The notes beneath the pieces are model-generated. The model ran no database searches. It was not told the DNA's origin and saw only the letters and a list, made by a program, of their open reading frames with translations. Positions 46,075-61,002 of a DNA stretch of 64,000 nt are shown here, piece by piece. Each line of letters starts with the position of its first letter. Position 1 is the stretch's first letter. Origin of the DNA: the human T2T-CHM13v2.0 reference genome, Homo sapiens; assembly GCF_009914755.1 (NCBI RefSeq), contig NC_060940.1, one strand, 5' to 3'. The position numbers and the translations under genes were made by a program.

Positions 46075-46218
46075 GACTGTTTGCAACCTCTAAGCATGCA
46101 GGCTCTCCCAGCCCAGCCTGAGTCCTTGTGTATCGTGGAAATGGGTGGGACTGAGAAGCAGGATGAGCTGGGTGAGAGGGGCTCGATTGGCTTCCTATAC
46201 CTGAATATTGGGCTACAG
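46075..46218 (+). CDS. SF3B3: SF3B3 exon 15
   Basis: cag|GAC...CAG|GTAAGA; 144 nt; DCLQPLSMQALPAQPESLCIVEMG...NIGLQ. Confidence 0.97.
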
Positions 46219-47369
46219 GTAAGAGATCCAGAGGCCCACATTGTGGACATTAGGCCTTCTGTACGTTTCACACACTCCTTTGTTTGATAACAGGGATTTT
46301 CTCTGCCCATGGTTTCAGATCCTCACCTTATGAAAAGTGAACAGTGTCACTCTGGGTTCCACTTTTCTCAGCTCTTTAATTCGAACAAATCAGGCTGAGA
46401 AAGAAATATTTTGATAAAGAGTCTTCACATCTGATAAATGCTGTTTGATAGCTACTCTAAGTCAGAACTGGATGGGTTCCTGAAGGATCAACTGTAGTTC
46501 CCACTATTCACTAGTTTCAAAAGCAGCAATGAATACCTCTCAGTTCATAATTGGCTTCATTAGCAATAAAGGACCCCTAAATGTTCCCTGTTGTCAAAGT
46601 TGCTGAGCTCTTTGTGCCGTGAAGAAAAGGTGTGCTTTAACGCTAAGATAGTGTCAGGATTCTTGATCATATGCTTTTCATTTTCCTTAATGATTATTGA
46701 CTCAGACATCTAAGTAATCTAGCCCAGGTACTTTTTGCTTTTTAATTTTACTTCCTAATTTAGAAATCTCAAACATAGCCAGAAGTTAGAGAGACTAATA
46801 CAGTGAACTTCCATGTACCCAGTTTTTTTGGGAGAGGGTTGTTGTTATTTTTTTAGTTTTTTTTCTTTTGTTGGATTTTTATGGGCTGCCACATGGGTTT
46901 TCGGTCTATTTTTTTCTTTTTTAGTTTTAACAGCTATCAGCAACATTCTGCTGTTCTTATTTTATCTTTTCCCTGGACTATTTTAAAGCAAATCCAAGAT
47001 CTATCATTTCATCTATAAATACTTGATAATGTAGTTCCAACAGATGTCTGTTTTTGTAAGATACTAGTATTATCATGCTCAGCAAAATATAACAATAGTT
47101 CCTTATTACCATGTTCCAGTTTTCCCTGTTCTTCTTTCCCCCAATGTGGCTTTATAGTTGGTTGTGCTCAGGACCTCAGCATAGCAGTCTACGCTTTTTC
47201 CATTTCCTTCATCTTTCTTTTTATGTCTCTTAAACTGTTCTACCCCATTTTGAAGTATTACAAGATCAGATCATTTGTCTTGTAGAATTTCCCACCTTCT
47301 GGACTTAATAAAGTCATTCCTTATGTGTTCAAGTTCCTGTATCCTCTGTATCAAGCTGGTGGGTAGAAT

Positions 47370-49129
<1,760 letters not shown>

Positions 49130-49657
49130 TCATTCTAGAAAAGTGGGAATTTCTATTTGAAGTTAGTTCTTTTGTCCTTTTAACATGACCCCACTATTTG
49201 TAGGGGTTTCCTTGCCTTGTTGCACAATAAAGTATCCCCACATGTGTCTGGAACATTCTTGCCCCTGCCCCAAACTAGTCATTCCTTTTAGGAACCTTGT
49301 TCCTTTAAGAGGAAATGCTGTTTAGGGACCATGGTCTTTGTGGTTATTTAATTATTTATTTGAAATATACAGTAGTGAAGAAGGATTTAATATACTTGGT
49401 AAAAAGAAATATTAAGAAGATATAGTGAAAAATAAGTGTGTATTTACTTAGTAGATGCTCCATAACTTTGGATGATTAAGTGATTTACTGAGAGAATGAA
49501 ATGAATGGCTATCGGATTATTAGGATCTTTTTTAAACACCCAAGTCATTTCTTTCTATCTGCTCTAATTTCTTATGTGAAGTACCCAAGGGAGAGGTTTT
49601 CCCATCATAGCTGATAAGCTTCCATCAGGCTTCACCTGCTCCTCTCCTTTTGATTAG

Positions 49658-49780
49658 AACGGTGTGCTGCTGAGGACTGTCTTGGACCCTGTCACTGGGG
49701 ATTTGTCTGATACTCGCACTCGGTACCTGGGGTCCCGTCCTGTGAAGCTCTTCCGAGTCCGAATGCAAGGCCAGGAGGCA
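49658..49780 (+). CDS. SF3B3: SF3B3 exon 16
   Basis: tag|AAC...GCA|GTAAGT; 123 nt; [41 protein letters not shown]. Confidence 0.96.
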
Positions 49781-50205
49781 GTAAGTAATGAAGGTTGGGG
49801 ACAGGCAACATCTTTGGGATTTTAGTGGCACCATCTGAGAACAATCTTTGCTGTAAGCTTCACTGTCACTAATTTGCCACTCCATCTTGATTGGTTTCCT
49901 TCATGTGAGAAGTCCTGAGTTTTCCTAACCTAGAGCTTCCTCACTGGGGCTCCATCGCACCATGTCATGATTTGGTTATAGCTGGGTAGAGATATCGATC
50001 CCTTTAGCCCTCTGGCTGGTCAAATAGGGCTGGAAACCTCCCCTCTAGGACACCACTAGCCATGAGAATTCTCAGGTTTTATCCCAGTCTTAGATCAGTG
50101 TCACGTTTACTACCTAATGTGAAAGAGACTGGGAAACATTGTGTCCTTTGTAGTTAAGAATGTTAGTGTTTCTGGGCACTGTGCTAATTGATTCCATTTA
50201 ATTCT

Positions 50206-50509
50206 GTTTTTTGTTGTTTTTTTTTTTGAGATGGAGTCTCACTCTGTCGCCCAGGCTGGAATGTAGTGGTGCAAGCTTGGCTCACTGCAACCTCCGCCTC
50301 CTGGGTTCAACCAATTGTCTTTCCTCAGCCTCCCGATTAGCTGGGATTACAGGCGCATGCCACCACGCCCAGCTAATTTTTGTATTTTTAGTAGAGATGA
50401 GGTTTCACTATGTTGGCCAGGTTGGCCTCGAACTCCTGACTTCAGGTGATCCGCCTGCCGTGGCCTCCCAAAGTGCTGGGATTACAGGCATGAGCCACCG
50501 CACCTGGCC
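50206..50509 (-). mobile_element. AluS
   Basis: Alu consensus; TSD ATTCCATTTAATTCT. Confidence 0.9.
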
Positions 50510-50818
50510 TTCATTCCATTTAATTCTTGCAGCTGTCCAGCCTTGTGGTACTGTTTTCATTTTACACACGTGGAAGCAGGCTTAGAGAGATGAAATGGTG
50601 AGTCTAGATCATATGGCTCGTAGCCCATGCTTTTCACATATGCTAAGCCATAGTGCCTCTCTCTAGCCCTCTTTTTCTTAAGATAGCCTGTTATATTTCT
50701 AGAATATCTTAGGATACTCTGCAGACTGAAATTTGGGGATAGGGCTTTTGGTCAGCTTATACCATATTTGTATTTTTTCCCAAACCTTATTGGAGCTGGG
50801 TTTTTTTTTTCCCCTCAG

Positions 50819-50973
50819 GTATTGGCCATGTCAAGCCGCTCATGGTTGAGCTATTCTTACCAATCTCGCTTCCATCTCACCCCACTGTCTTACGAGACAC
50901 TGGAATTTGCATCGGGTTTTGCCTCGGAACAGTGTCCCGAGGGCATTGTGGCCATCTCCACCAACACCCTACG
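50819..50973 (+). CDS. SF3B3: SF3B3 exon 17
   Basis: cag|GTA...ACG|GTGAGT; 155 nt; VLAMSSRSWLSYSYQSRF...STNTL. Confidence 0.97.
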
Positions 50974-51991
50974 GTGAGTGAGTCTCATGTTTGAAGCTCA
51001 GCAGGAAGCCTTTCTGCCAAGGGCTCAGACTGGTTCTGCCAGAGTGTTGGAGGAGGCTGTGAAGAGGTGGCAGAGAGCCGACTTCACCATGAAGCTTGTG
51101 TGTTGCAATTGAAACCTTCATTTGGCTCAGCATTTTAGTACCTGAGAGCCAAGTTTCGGTGTTTTAGCTTCTGTTAAGATTTTCAAGGCCAAGCTTTAAT
51201 ACAGTCCAATCTTCCTGAGATTTCAGATTTTTGTTTTCTAGCAAAAGGGTATTGCCATTGGATTAGTTTTAGAGCAAGTATTGGATCACTGCATTGATAA
51301 CCTTTCTTACTCTGTCTTGTCATTTGCGGTATTAAATCTTAAATGTTAACCTATCTATAAGTTATTTAGACCTTTTTCAAGTTGACAAAACTGTTCTTCC
51401 TGGTAATATTGATGTGAAGTTTGAGCACTGTATGTAATATTCTTTGCAAGATGGAAAAGAACCTAAAATAATTCAGTCAGTTTGGCTTCCTCAGGTTTTG
51501 GGGGGCTTTTAAAATTAAGCCACCAAAGTTGTTCACATCCTGGTTATAACTATTGGCTGTTCATAATGAAACTATGGCCTCTTGATAGATTAATCACTAT
51601 TGCTTATCAAATGAGCTCCCAAAATTTCTTTGCAACAACTTTCAGGGTCTTTTCATGGTCATTGTCCTTTTTCTTTCCGTCATCTTTGTATTTATCTTCT
51701 GCTCCAGCAGAATTGATCTCCCTGCACTGCTCTACATCACTTAATATTTTTTTAATCTCTACCTGTGCTAGAATGCTTCACCCACATACATACCTGCCTG
51801 TCAGTGTTCCCCTTGTCTTTTAAGCCAGCCTTGTTGTAGCCTCATCTGTGGCCCCTACCTCCTGAATTGCTATAGATTTAGACAATCGCTACAGATTTTT
51901 AGGCTTTCCTAGCAGCAGAACTTACTTCCCCCCAAAACTAAATCAGGGAAGGTGACTTATGAGACATAAAAGCAGAGTTCTTGGCAGGCAG

Positions 51992-52458
51992 TTTATTTTT
52001 TTATTTAATTATTTTTATTTTTAAGTTTTTTTTTTGAGACAAGGTCTTACTCTGTTGTACAGGTTGGAGTGCAGTGGTGTGATCATGGCTCACTGCAGCC
52101 CCAACTTCCTGGGCTCAAGCTATTTCTGCCTCAACCTCCCAAGTACCTGGTGGGACTGTAGGCGCATGCCATCATGCCTGGCTAATTTTTGTGTTCTATT
52201 TTATAGAGACAGGATTTCACCTTGGTGCCCAGGCTGGTCTTGAGCTCCTGGGCTCAAGAGATTCTCCCACCTCAGCCTCCCAAGTAGCTGGGACTACAGG
52301 CGTGCGCCACCATACATGGCTTTTTTTTTGGTATTTTCAACAGAGTTGGTGTTTCACCATGTTACCCAGGCTTGTCTTGAACTCCTAGCCTTAGGTGATC
52401 TGCCTGCTTTGGCCTCCCAAAGTGCTGAGATTACAGGCGTGAGCCACCACACGCAGCC
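51992..52458 (-). mobile_element. Composite (three-arm) old Alu
   Basis: Alu consensus with an extra arm. Confidence 0.8.
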
Positions 52459-53064
52459 CCTATCTTTTTTAATGTAGAGAATAAACTACAAATAAAACTC
52501 CATCATTAGAGATCGGGTAACTATACTTTTCAGAGTACCTGGGTTCTGCTCATTTTGCACATAGTTTGGCTTATGTGTACATCTCTGTCCCATTTGACAG
52601 AAATTTGTAGGTCCCTTATTTGCTGTCTCTTGCATTGTCATAGTTTTCCTGAACTGAGGTGATTTTTGTTCACAAAGGTATCCACTTTATTTTATGAAGC
52701 ACAGTCACTACAAATACCATATATGTTTAGGTAATTGCAGTGTTTCACAACAAATTTGGGATTGGGCTCTTTATTATCATTGGAGTGATTAAAAAAAAAC
52801 TTTTGACAATCGTTTGTGTTTCATTGGTAGGAACTAGAACTGCTGTGAATTGTGGTAGGGTGTTGCCAAATGGGAAGGCCCTTCCTGGATCTCTGTGTCT
52901 GCATCGCAGAGTTTTCTAGAGTAGGAGGCTGTTGTTTAATGTTGCCTAATGCCAACGTTAGAGCTCCAGGGATTGACGTGTTTGCTGACTGCTCAAAGTC
53001 TATTTCAACACCAGTTTCTGGGTCCGAGTGAGTATTAAATAACTGCCTTGCTTTTTTGTCATAG

Positions 53065-53239
53065 GATTTTGGCATTAGAGAAGCTCGGTGCTGTCTTCAA
53101 TCAAGTAGCCTTCCCACTGCAGTACACACCCAGGAAATTTGTCATCCACCCTGAGAGTAACAACCTTATTATCATTGAAACGGACCACAATGCCTACACT
53201 GAGGCCACGAAAGCTCAGAGAAAGCAGCAGATGGCAGAG
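53065..53239 (+). CDS. SF3B3: SF3B3 exon 18
   Basis: tag|G...GAG|GTAATG; 175 nt; ILALEKLGAVFNQVAFPLQYTPRKF...QQMAE. Confidence 0.97.
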
Positions 53240-53309
53240 GTAATGAGACTAACGTTCAGGGGTTCTATTAAAAGATGTGTGAAATTATGTTGAAAAGTTT
53301 AAACTGCCC

Positions 53310-53560
53310 GGCACTTTGGGAGGCTGAGGTGGGAGGATTGCTTGAGGCCACTAGTTCGAGACCAGCCTGGGCAACATAGCAAAACTGCACCTCTATTAAA
53401 AATTTTAAAAGATAGCCTGGTGTGTTGGTGCACTCCTGTAGTCCCAGCTACTTGGGAGGCTGAGGCAGGAGGATCACTTGAGCCCAGGAGTTCAAGACTG
53501 CAGTGAGCCATGATCATGCCACTGCATACCAGTGGCACTCTGGACACGAGACTCTATCAA
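53310..53560 (+). mobile_element. AluJ-like
   Basis: Alu consensus; TSD-like AAAAGTTTAAACT. Confidence 0.82.
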
Positions 53561-54253
53561 AAGTTTAAACTCCTGTAATTGTTAGTATATTCTTTGTTTT
53601 TAAAGATCTAGGCTTTTTTCAGCTTTTTTAAGCAGAGGCCTTTGCCCCAAAGTACTTCATTTTAGAGCCTTTCTTGTAACCCAGGACTATACTCTGACCT
53701 CCATTTATTCACAATTAAGTTCCCTCTCTGAAACAGAATTCTCCCGTCCTTGAGCTTCCAAAATAGACTGTATTTCCTTTATTTGGGCCCAAAAGAGACA
53801 GCTTTCATGTTCTCCACAACACCAGCTCTTTCTAGAACTCATTGCCTAGCAGAAACCAAATAGCTACAACCACGTAGAACTGTATCCATCCTTAAAGAGT
53901 GGAGACAGAGTAGTTTTAGTAAGGGAAATCAGATGGGTTGGATAGAAAAGTGGAGTTTCCGTTGTCATTTTTCTCAAGCCACTAGTCCAATATTTGTCAC
54001 AGCTATTGTTATTTTTGGTGTTTTCTACTAATATGTAACCAGCAATGTCTGGATTTCCCTTTCTGATCTTCTGTCTTCCCTAGTCTGTACACCTCTCCCT
54101 TTAATAGTCATGTCGGGAAATCCTGGCTGGGATGGCTGACTTTGCTGCTTTATGTATTGAGAACCCCCTGGAGTGTTCTTGCTACCTATCCTCTTCTCAG
54201 CCAGCCCCTACCTCTGAGCACGCCAACTCAGTTACTCGTTTTTTTGGGTTTAG

Positions 54254-54459
54254 GAAATGGTGGAAGCAGCAGGGGAGGATGAGCGGGAGCTGGCCGCAGA
54301 GATGGCAGCAGCATTCCTCAATGAAAACCTCCCTGAATCCATCTTTGGAGCTCCCAAGGCTGGCAATGGGCAGTGGGCCTCTGTGATCCGAGTGATGAAT
54401 CCCATTCAAGGGAACACACTGGACCTTGTCCAGCTGGAACAGAATGAGGCAGCTTTTAG
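54254..54459 (+). CDS. SF3B3: SF3B3 exon 19
   Basis: tag|GAA...TAG|GTAAGC; 206 nt; EMVEAAGEDERELAAEMAAAFL...NEAAF. Confidence 0.97.
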
Positions 54460-54556
54460 GTAAGCAGCCCAGGACAGTCCAGGGTTTGGCAGGCTGGAAC
54501 AGGAGCTCTCTGAGTTTTGACTAAGGCCTTACTCTTGCTTCTTATTCTGTGTGTAG

Positions 54557-54713
54557 TGTGGCTGTGTGCAGGTTTTCCAACACTGGTGAAGACTGGTATG
54601 TGCTGGTGGGTGTGGCCAAGGACCTGATACTAAACCCCCGATCTGTGGCAGGGGGCTTCGTCTATACTTACAAGCTTGTGAACAATGGGGAAAAACTGGA
54701 GTTTTTGCACAAG
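54557..54713 (+). CDS. SF3B3: SF3B3 exon 20
   Basis: tag|T...AAG|GTAGGA; 157 nt, after a 97-nt intron; VAVCRFSNTGEDWYVLVG...EFLHK. Confidence 0.97.
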
Positions 54714-55016
54714 GTAGGAATCTGCCAGTGGTTCTCCTAGATTTTAAGTCCCATTGAATTCTCTCACTTTTGCTTATGTTATGGATCAGGTCTTTTGGGG
54801 ACCAGCTCCTTGATTCCAATCTCTCTCTTACCAGCACATGGAAAATGCTGGGGCCTTCTAGCTGCAGTGATGTTCTTGTGCCTGTGCATTCCACAGGAAG
54901 GCTTTGTGCTAACCATCCATAATGGGGAGATAGATGCACATTCAATTGGTCTCTTTCTTACTGTTTTAATAAGCAGGCAACAATTTGTGACCAAAATTCA
55001 GCAGTTTAAATAATTA

Positions 55017-56255
<1,239 letters not shown>

Positions 56256-56599
56256 AGTCACTTTTCACTAGCATTTCTTTCCTGTCCCTCCACAAATTAC
56301 AGTCACTTGGCTACTAAGGCTTCACTGTTGAAATAACACCAGTTAAACAGAGCACAAGCTCTGGACAGCAGTCGTCTGGTACCAGAACTTCTTGTCAGTT
56401 ACAGCATTGATCCCTCTACTGAGTGAATGCAGCATGCGGAACTTGTTCACCCCAACACCCAGATTCATTAGCAAAATAAGCTCACTGGTGTGTTTCTTAA
56501 TGATAGGCTCCTGTGGAAGTAGGCATTTCTGGGCAGAGAGGTGAGGCCTGTGTCTGGCTGGCATTTATAATAGCTGTATTACCTGCTTTTCCTCTATAG

Positions 56600-56725
56600 A
56601 CTCCTGTGGAAGAGGTCCCTGCTGCTATTGCCCCATTCCAGGGGAGGGTGTTGATTGGTGTGGGGAAGCTGTTGCGTGTCTATGACCTGGGAAAGAAGAA
56701 GTTACTCCGAAAATGTGAGAATAAG
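56600..56725 (+). CDS. SF3B3: SF3B3 exon 21
   Basis: tag|ACT...AAG|GTAAGT; 126 nt; [22 protein letters not shown]...KCENK. Confidence 0.97.
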
Positions 56726-56809
56726 GTAAGTGTGCTGGCATTGGTGCTGAGATCTAGCTCATGTGTCAAGGGTGGGGGCATTGGTGGGGTGGTGGGCATT
56801 GAGTTTTAA

Positions 56810-57173
<364 letters not shown>

Positions 57174-57471
57174 CTTGAGTTTTGAGAGGAGCAGGAGTAG
57201 AGGGATCTCATTTCTTGACTTACCAAACAAGAACCAGCTTTCTATCTTGCTAGCTTCTATAAGGAAAGTAAATGTGAGAGTTAGGCATATATTTGCACTA
57301 TATTAAAAGCTATTTGGCTCTTTTTTCCCACCTAGAATTCATTGCTAACTGCTGGTTTTTGGTATTTGCTGTTCTGCTGACCCTACGTATGTCATACGGA
57401 AAGCTGGGCTTTCTTTGGGTTCTGAACCCCAAGATTACACCCACCATCACTATTGTCTTTGTTTTTCCCAG

Positions 57472-57684
57472 CATATTGCCAATTATATCTCTGGGATCCA
57501 GACTATCGGACATAGGGTAATTGTATCTGATGTCCAAGAAAGTTTCATCTGGGTTCGCTACAAGCGTAATGAAAACCAGCTTATCATCTTTGCTGATGAT
57601 ACCTACCCCCGATGGGTCACTACAGCCAGCCTCCTGGACTATGACACTGTGGCTGGGGCAGACAAGTTTGGCAACATATGTGTG
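57472..57684 (+). CDS. SF3B3: SF3B3 exon 22
   Basis: cag|CAT...GTG|GTGAGT; 213 nt; HIANYISGIQTIGHRVIVSDVQES...DKFGNICV. Confidence 0.97.
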
Positions 57685-58231
57685 GTGAGTTGATGTTGTT
57701 AACTTGGGTTACAGTGATGTGTAGGAAAGCTGGCTCAGTTTCTTGTGGGTAAAGCCAAGGAGGAATCAAATCTGAGAAGTAAAAATGGATATAAAATTCC
57801 ATCCTACTAAAGCTAACTCTACAAGCAATCTGTTCTTTAAGCCTTCTTACTAGTCTTTTGGATTTTTCTCTGTGGTTTATCTCCCTCCTCCCTATTGAAC
57901 GTGATTTAATGATAGGTTTAGTTTGAGCTAATGGCTAATATTTCTTTTTACATTTTATAAGAACTTTGGAATGTCTGTTATCTATGTTGTGTGGTTTTGG
58001 TTTTACCCTTAGCTGTGTTAAACTCTTGCTCATGGGTCGATTCTTTTGAGTTTCTTGCTCCTCAGACACAGCTCCTGCCCACCAGAGCAGGTGCAGGACA
58101 CGTGGGCTCAGGCCTCTGTCTAGGCAGTGCCCCTGTGGCTGACTTGCAAAGACCTGGCCAGACCTGTTGCTTGGTGACTCAGGTGAGCAGGTCCGGGCCC
58201 CAGCAGTGTGACTTGTGTCACTTCCTTGTAG

Positions 58232-58330
58232 GTGAGGCTCCCACCTAACACCAATGATGAAGTAGATGAGGATCCTACAGGAAACAAAGCCCTGTGGGAC
58301 CGTGGCTTGCTCAATGGGGCCTCCCAGAAG
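58232..58330 (+). CDS. SF3B3: SF3B3 exon 23
   Basis: tag|GTG...AAG|GTAAGA; 99 nt; VRLPPNTNDEVDEDPTGNKALWDRGLLNGASQK. Confidence 0.97.
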
Positions 58331-58819
58331 GTAAGATTGCAGAATGGGCCCCAGGGAGAACACTGCTTAGCACTTTTCCTGTTGCCCTCACTGAAGAAAT
58401 TGCCTTTGGTGAATTATTCATAGTGCACACGACTGTGCTGAGTGCTGTCCGTCCACAGTCCTTTCTTACCAATCTGCAAAAAATCTCCTTGGAGAGTAGC
58501 GAGTTTCTTAGAGAGAGTCCATTCCCAGTCCTCTGCTCTGAGGTGTGTCCTGGGCTTTACTTTCTCCTGTAGGCATGTGCTGCTTTAATAGAGCATCTCT
58601 GGACTTTCGGGCAAATCTATTTTAGAAGACAAGCCTAGTGATTGCTGTTTTCTATAATTTTCTTTGTGTTTTCCTTTTTTATGGCAAGCTTGATAAATTT
58701 AACAAAATGATTCTTATCGTAAGAAATGATGAACAGTAACTTTAGCATGTTTTATGAGGCATTAAGCTTTAAGTAAATGTGAGAATTTTAAAATATTTGT
58801 AGGGTTTAATAATTTTTGG

Positions 58820-59075
58820 ATTTATTGTTTGTTTTTGAGACAAGGTCTCACTCAGTCGCCCGGGCTGGAGTGTGGTGGTACAATCACAGATCACTGCAGC
58901 TTCCACCTCCTGGGCTCAAGTGATCCTTCCCACTCAGCCTCCTGAGTAGCTGAGACTATAGTACATGCCACCAAACCTGGCAGATTTTGTGGGTATGGGT
59001 ATACGAGACCTCACTGTGTTGCCCAGGCTGGTCTTGAAATCCTGGGCTCAAGCAATCCTCCCACGTTGGCCTCTA
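58820..59075 (-). mobile_element. AluJ-like
   Basis: Alu consensus; TSD-like AATAATTTTTGGAT. Confidence 0.82.
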
Positions 59076-59194
59076 TAATAATTTTTGGATGTTAATAGAT
59101 GATGAAATGTGCCTTAGGGAGCACTGCTTGCCCTTGGGAGTCCAGGGAGGCTCCTGAGGGTGCACACAGTCACTAGTCTGTTTGTGACTCACAG

Positions 59195-59338
59195 GCAGAG
59201 GTGATCATGAACTACCATGTCGGGGAGACGGTGCTGTCCTTGCAGAAGACCACGCTGATCCCTGGAGGCTCAGAATCACTTGTCTATACCACCTTGTCTG
59301 GAGGAATTGGCATCCTTGTGCCATTCACGTCCCATGAG
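59195..59338 (+). CDS. SF3B3: SF3B3 exon 24
   Basis: cag|GCA...GAG|GTGAGA; 144 nt; AEVIMNYHVGETVLSLQKTTLIPGGSESLVY...FTSHE. Confidence 0.96.
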
Positions 59339-59441
59339 GTGAGAGCGCCCACATTACTCTGGCCTTGACTTTTAAGGTTGTTTCTTGGTGCTGGATCTAC
59401 CTAAGAGGTCAAATTCATTTGTCCCCACATATAATTAATAA

Positions 59442-59819
<378 letters not shown>

Positions 59820-60283
59820 AGGCCGTTTGTTTTTATAGTGTCCCAGGGTTTGCTTCAGTCTGATGCGAGTTTACAAGGTTAGCCTGAGCCCAGAGCTTTA
59901 GAACTGGACTCCACAGACTAGGATTGCCAGGATTGATGGGATGATCCCTCCTGGGGCACACACTGCCATATGGAATCAACTCTAGGTTTGCCAGAGTTTG
60001 GCATGTTTTATTCCAGCCAAGGAAGCTGGGATCAGGAATCTGACCTCACAAACCATTCTTTATGTGTGGCATTCTCTCTTGCACTGCAGACAACATGTGG
60101 TCTCCTTTTGGGGTTTAACTATCGTGTTGTAGCAGAAAAACCTGTGATTATCAGAAAGTGATTAGATATTTCCCGTGTGTTTGTGTAGTAAAAATGAATG
60201 GCTTGTCTGTTCGTTGTGCTTGTGGAAACTCTAGACTAGTTGAAATCACTTCTCAGTGACAGATTTTTTGTTTCTTCTGCCAG

Positions 60284-60388
60284 GACCATGACTTCTTCCA
60301 GCATGTGGAAATGCACCTGCGGTCTGAACATCCCCCTCTCTGTGGGCGGGACCACCTCAGCTTTCGCTCCTACTACTTCCCTGTGAAG
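60284..60388 (+). CDS. SF3B3: SF3B3 exon 25
   Basis: cag|GAC...AAG|GTAGGT; 105 nt; [35 protein letters not shown]. Confidence 0.97.
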
Positions 60389-60624
60389 GTAGGTTGGGGG
60401 AATCTGAGCTGAAAAGGGAGATCTGAGAAAGGAGCAGCACAGGGAGTGGATTGATGGGAATAGTACCAGGGAGGGTGCTCCCCTCAGGGCAGACCACAGC
60501 CAGAGCAAAGGCTTCACCTGCTTCTGCCAATCTGAACTCTGAGTACCAAGAGTCAACTTAAGATAGTGTTCCTGGATCTACAAGTGGGGTTCAAGTATCG
60601 AGTGGAGAATAAAAAGTTTTCCCG

Positions 60625-60772
60625 GTCTGGGCGTGGTGGCACACATTTGTGGTCCCAGCCAATCGGGAGGCTGAGCCCCAGATTTTGAGAGTGCAGTGAG
60701 CTAAGATTATCCCACTGCACTGCAACCCGGATGATAGGGTGAGACCCTGTCTCAAAAACTAAAAAATAAAAA
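60625..60772 (+). mobile_element. Alu monomer (FRAM/AluJ-like)
   Basis: Alu right-arm consensus. Confidence 0.75.
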
Positions 60773-60861
60773 CAGCTTTCCCTACAAGTGCTGCTTTAGC
60801 ATGTGCCATTTTCTTTGGGCATCTCACCATTTTTTTTCTTTCTGCTTTCTCCATATCTTAG

Positions 60862-61002
60862 AATGTGATTGATGGAGACCTCTGTGAGCAGTTCAATTCC
60901 ATGGAACCCAACAAACAAAAGAACGTCTCTGAAGAACTGGACCGAACCCCACCCGAAGTGTCCAAGAAACTCGAGGATATCCGGACCCGCTACGCCTTCT
61001 GA
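60862..61002 (+). CDS. SF3B3: SF3B3 exon 26 CDS (NVIDGDLCEQF...EDIRTRYAF*)
   Basis: tag|AAT; TGA 61000-61002; summed CDS 3654 nt = 1217 aa. Confidence 0.97.
   Translation, partial: NVIDGDLCEQFNSMEPNKQKNVSEELDRTPPEVSKKLEDIRTRYAF

Noticed and set aside
59169-59190. AGTCAC/GTGACT mini-hairpin at the exon 24 acceptor, and GTGAC/GTCAC at the exon 23 acceptor
   Set aside because: Stems of 5-6 bp are expected by chance
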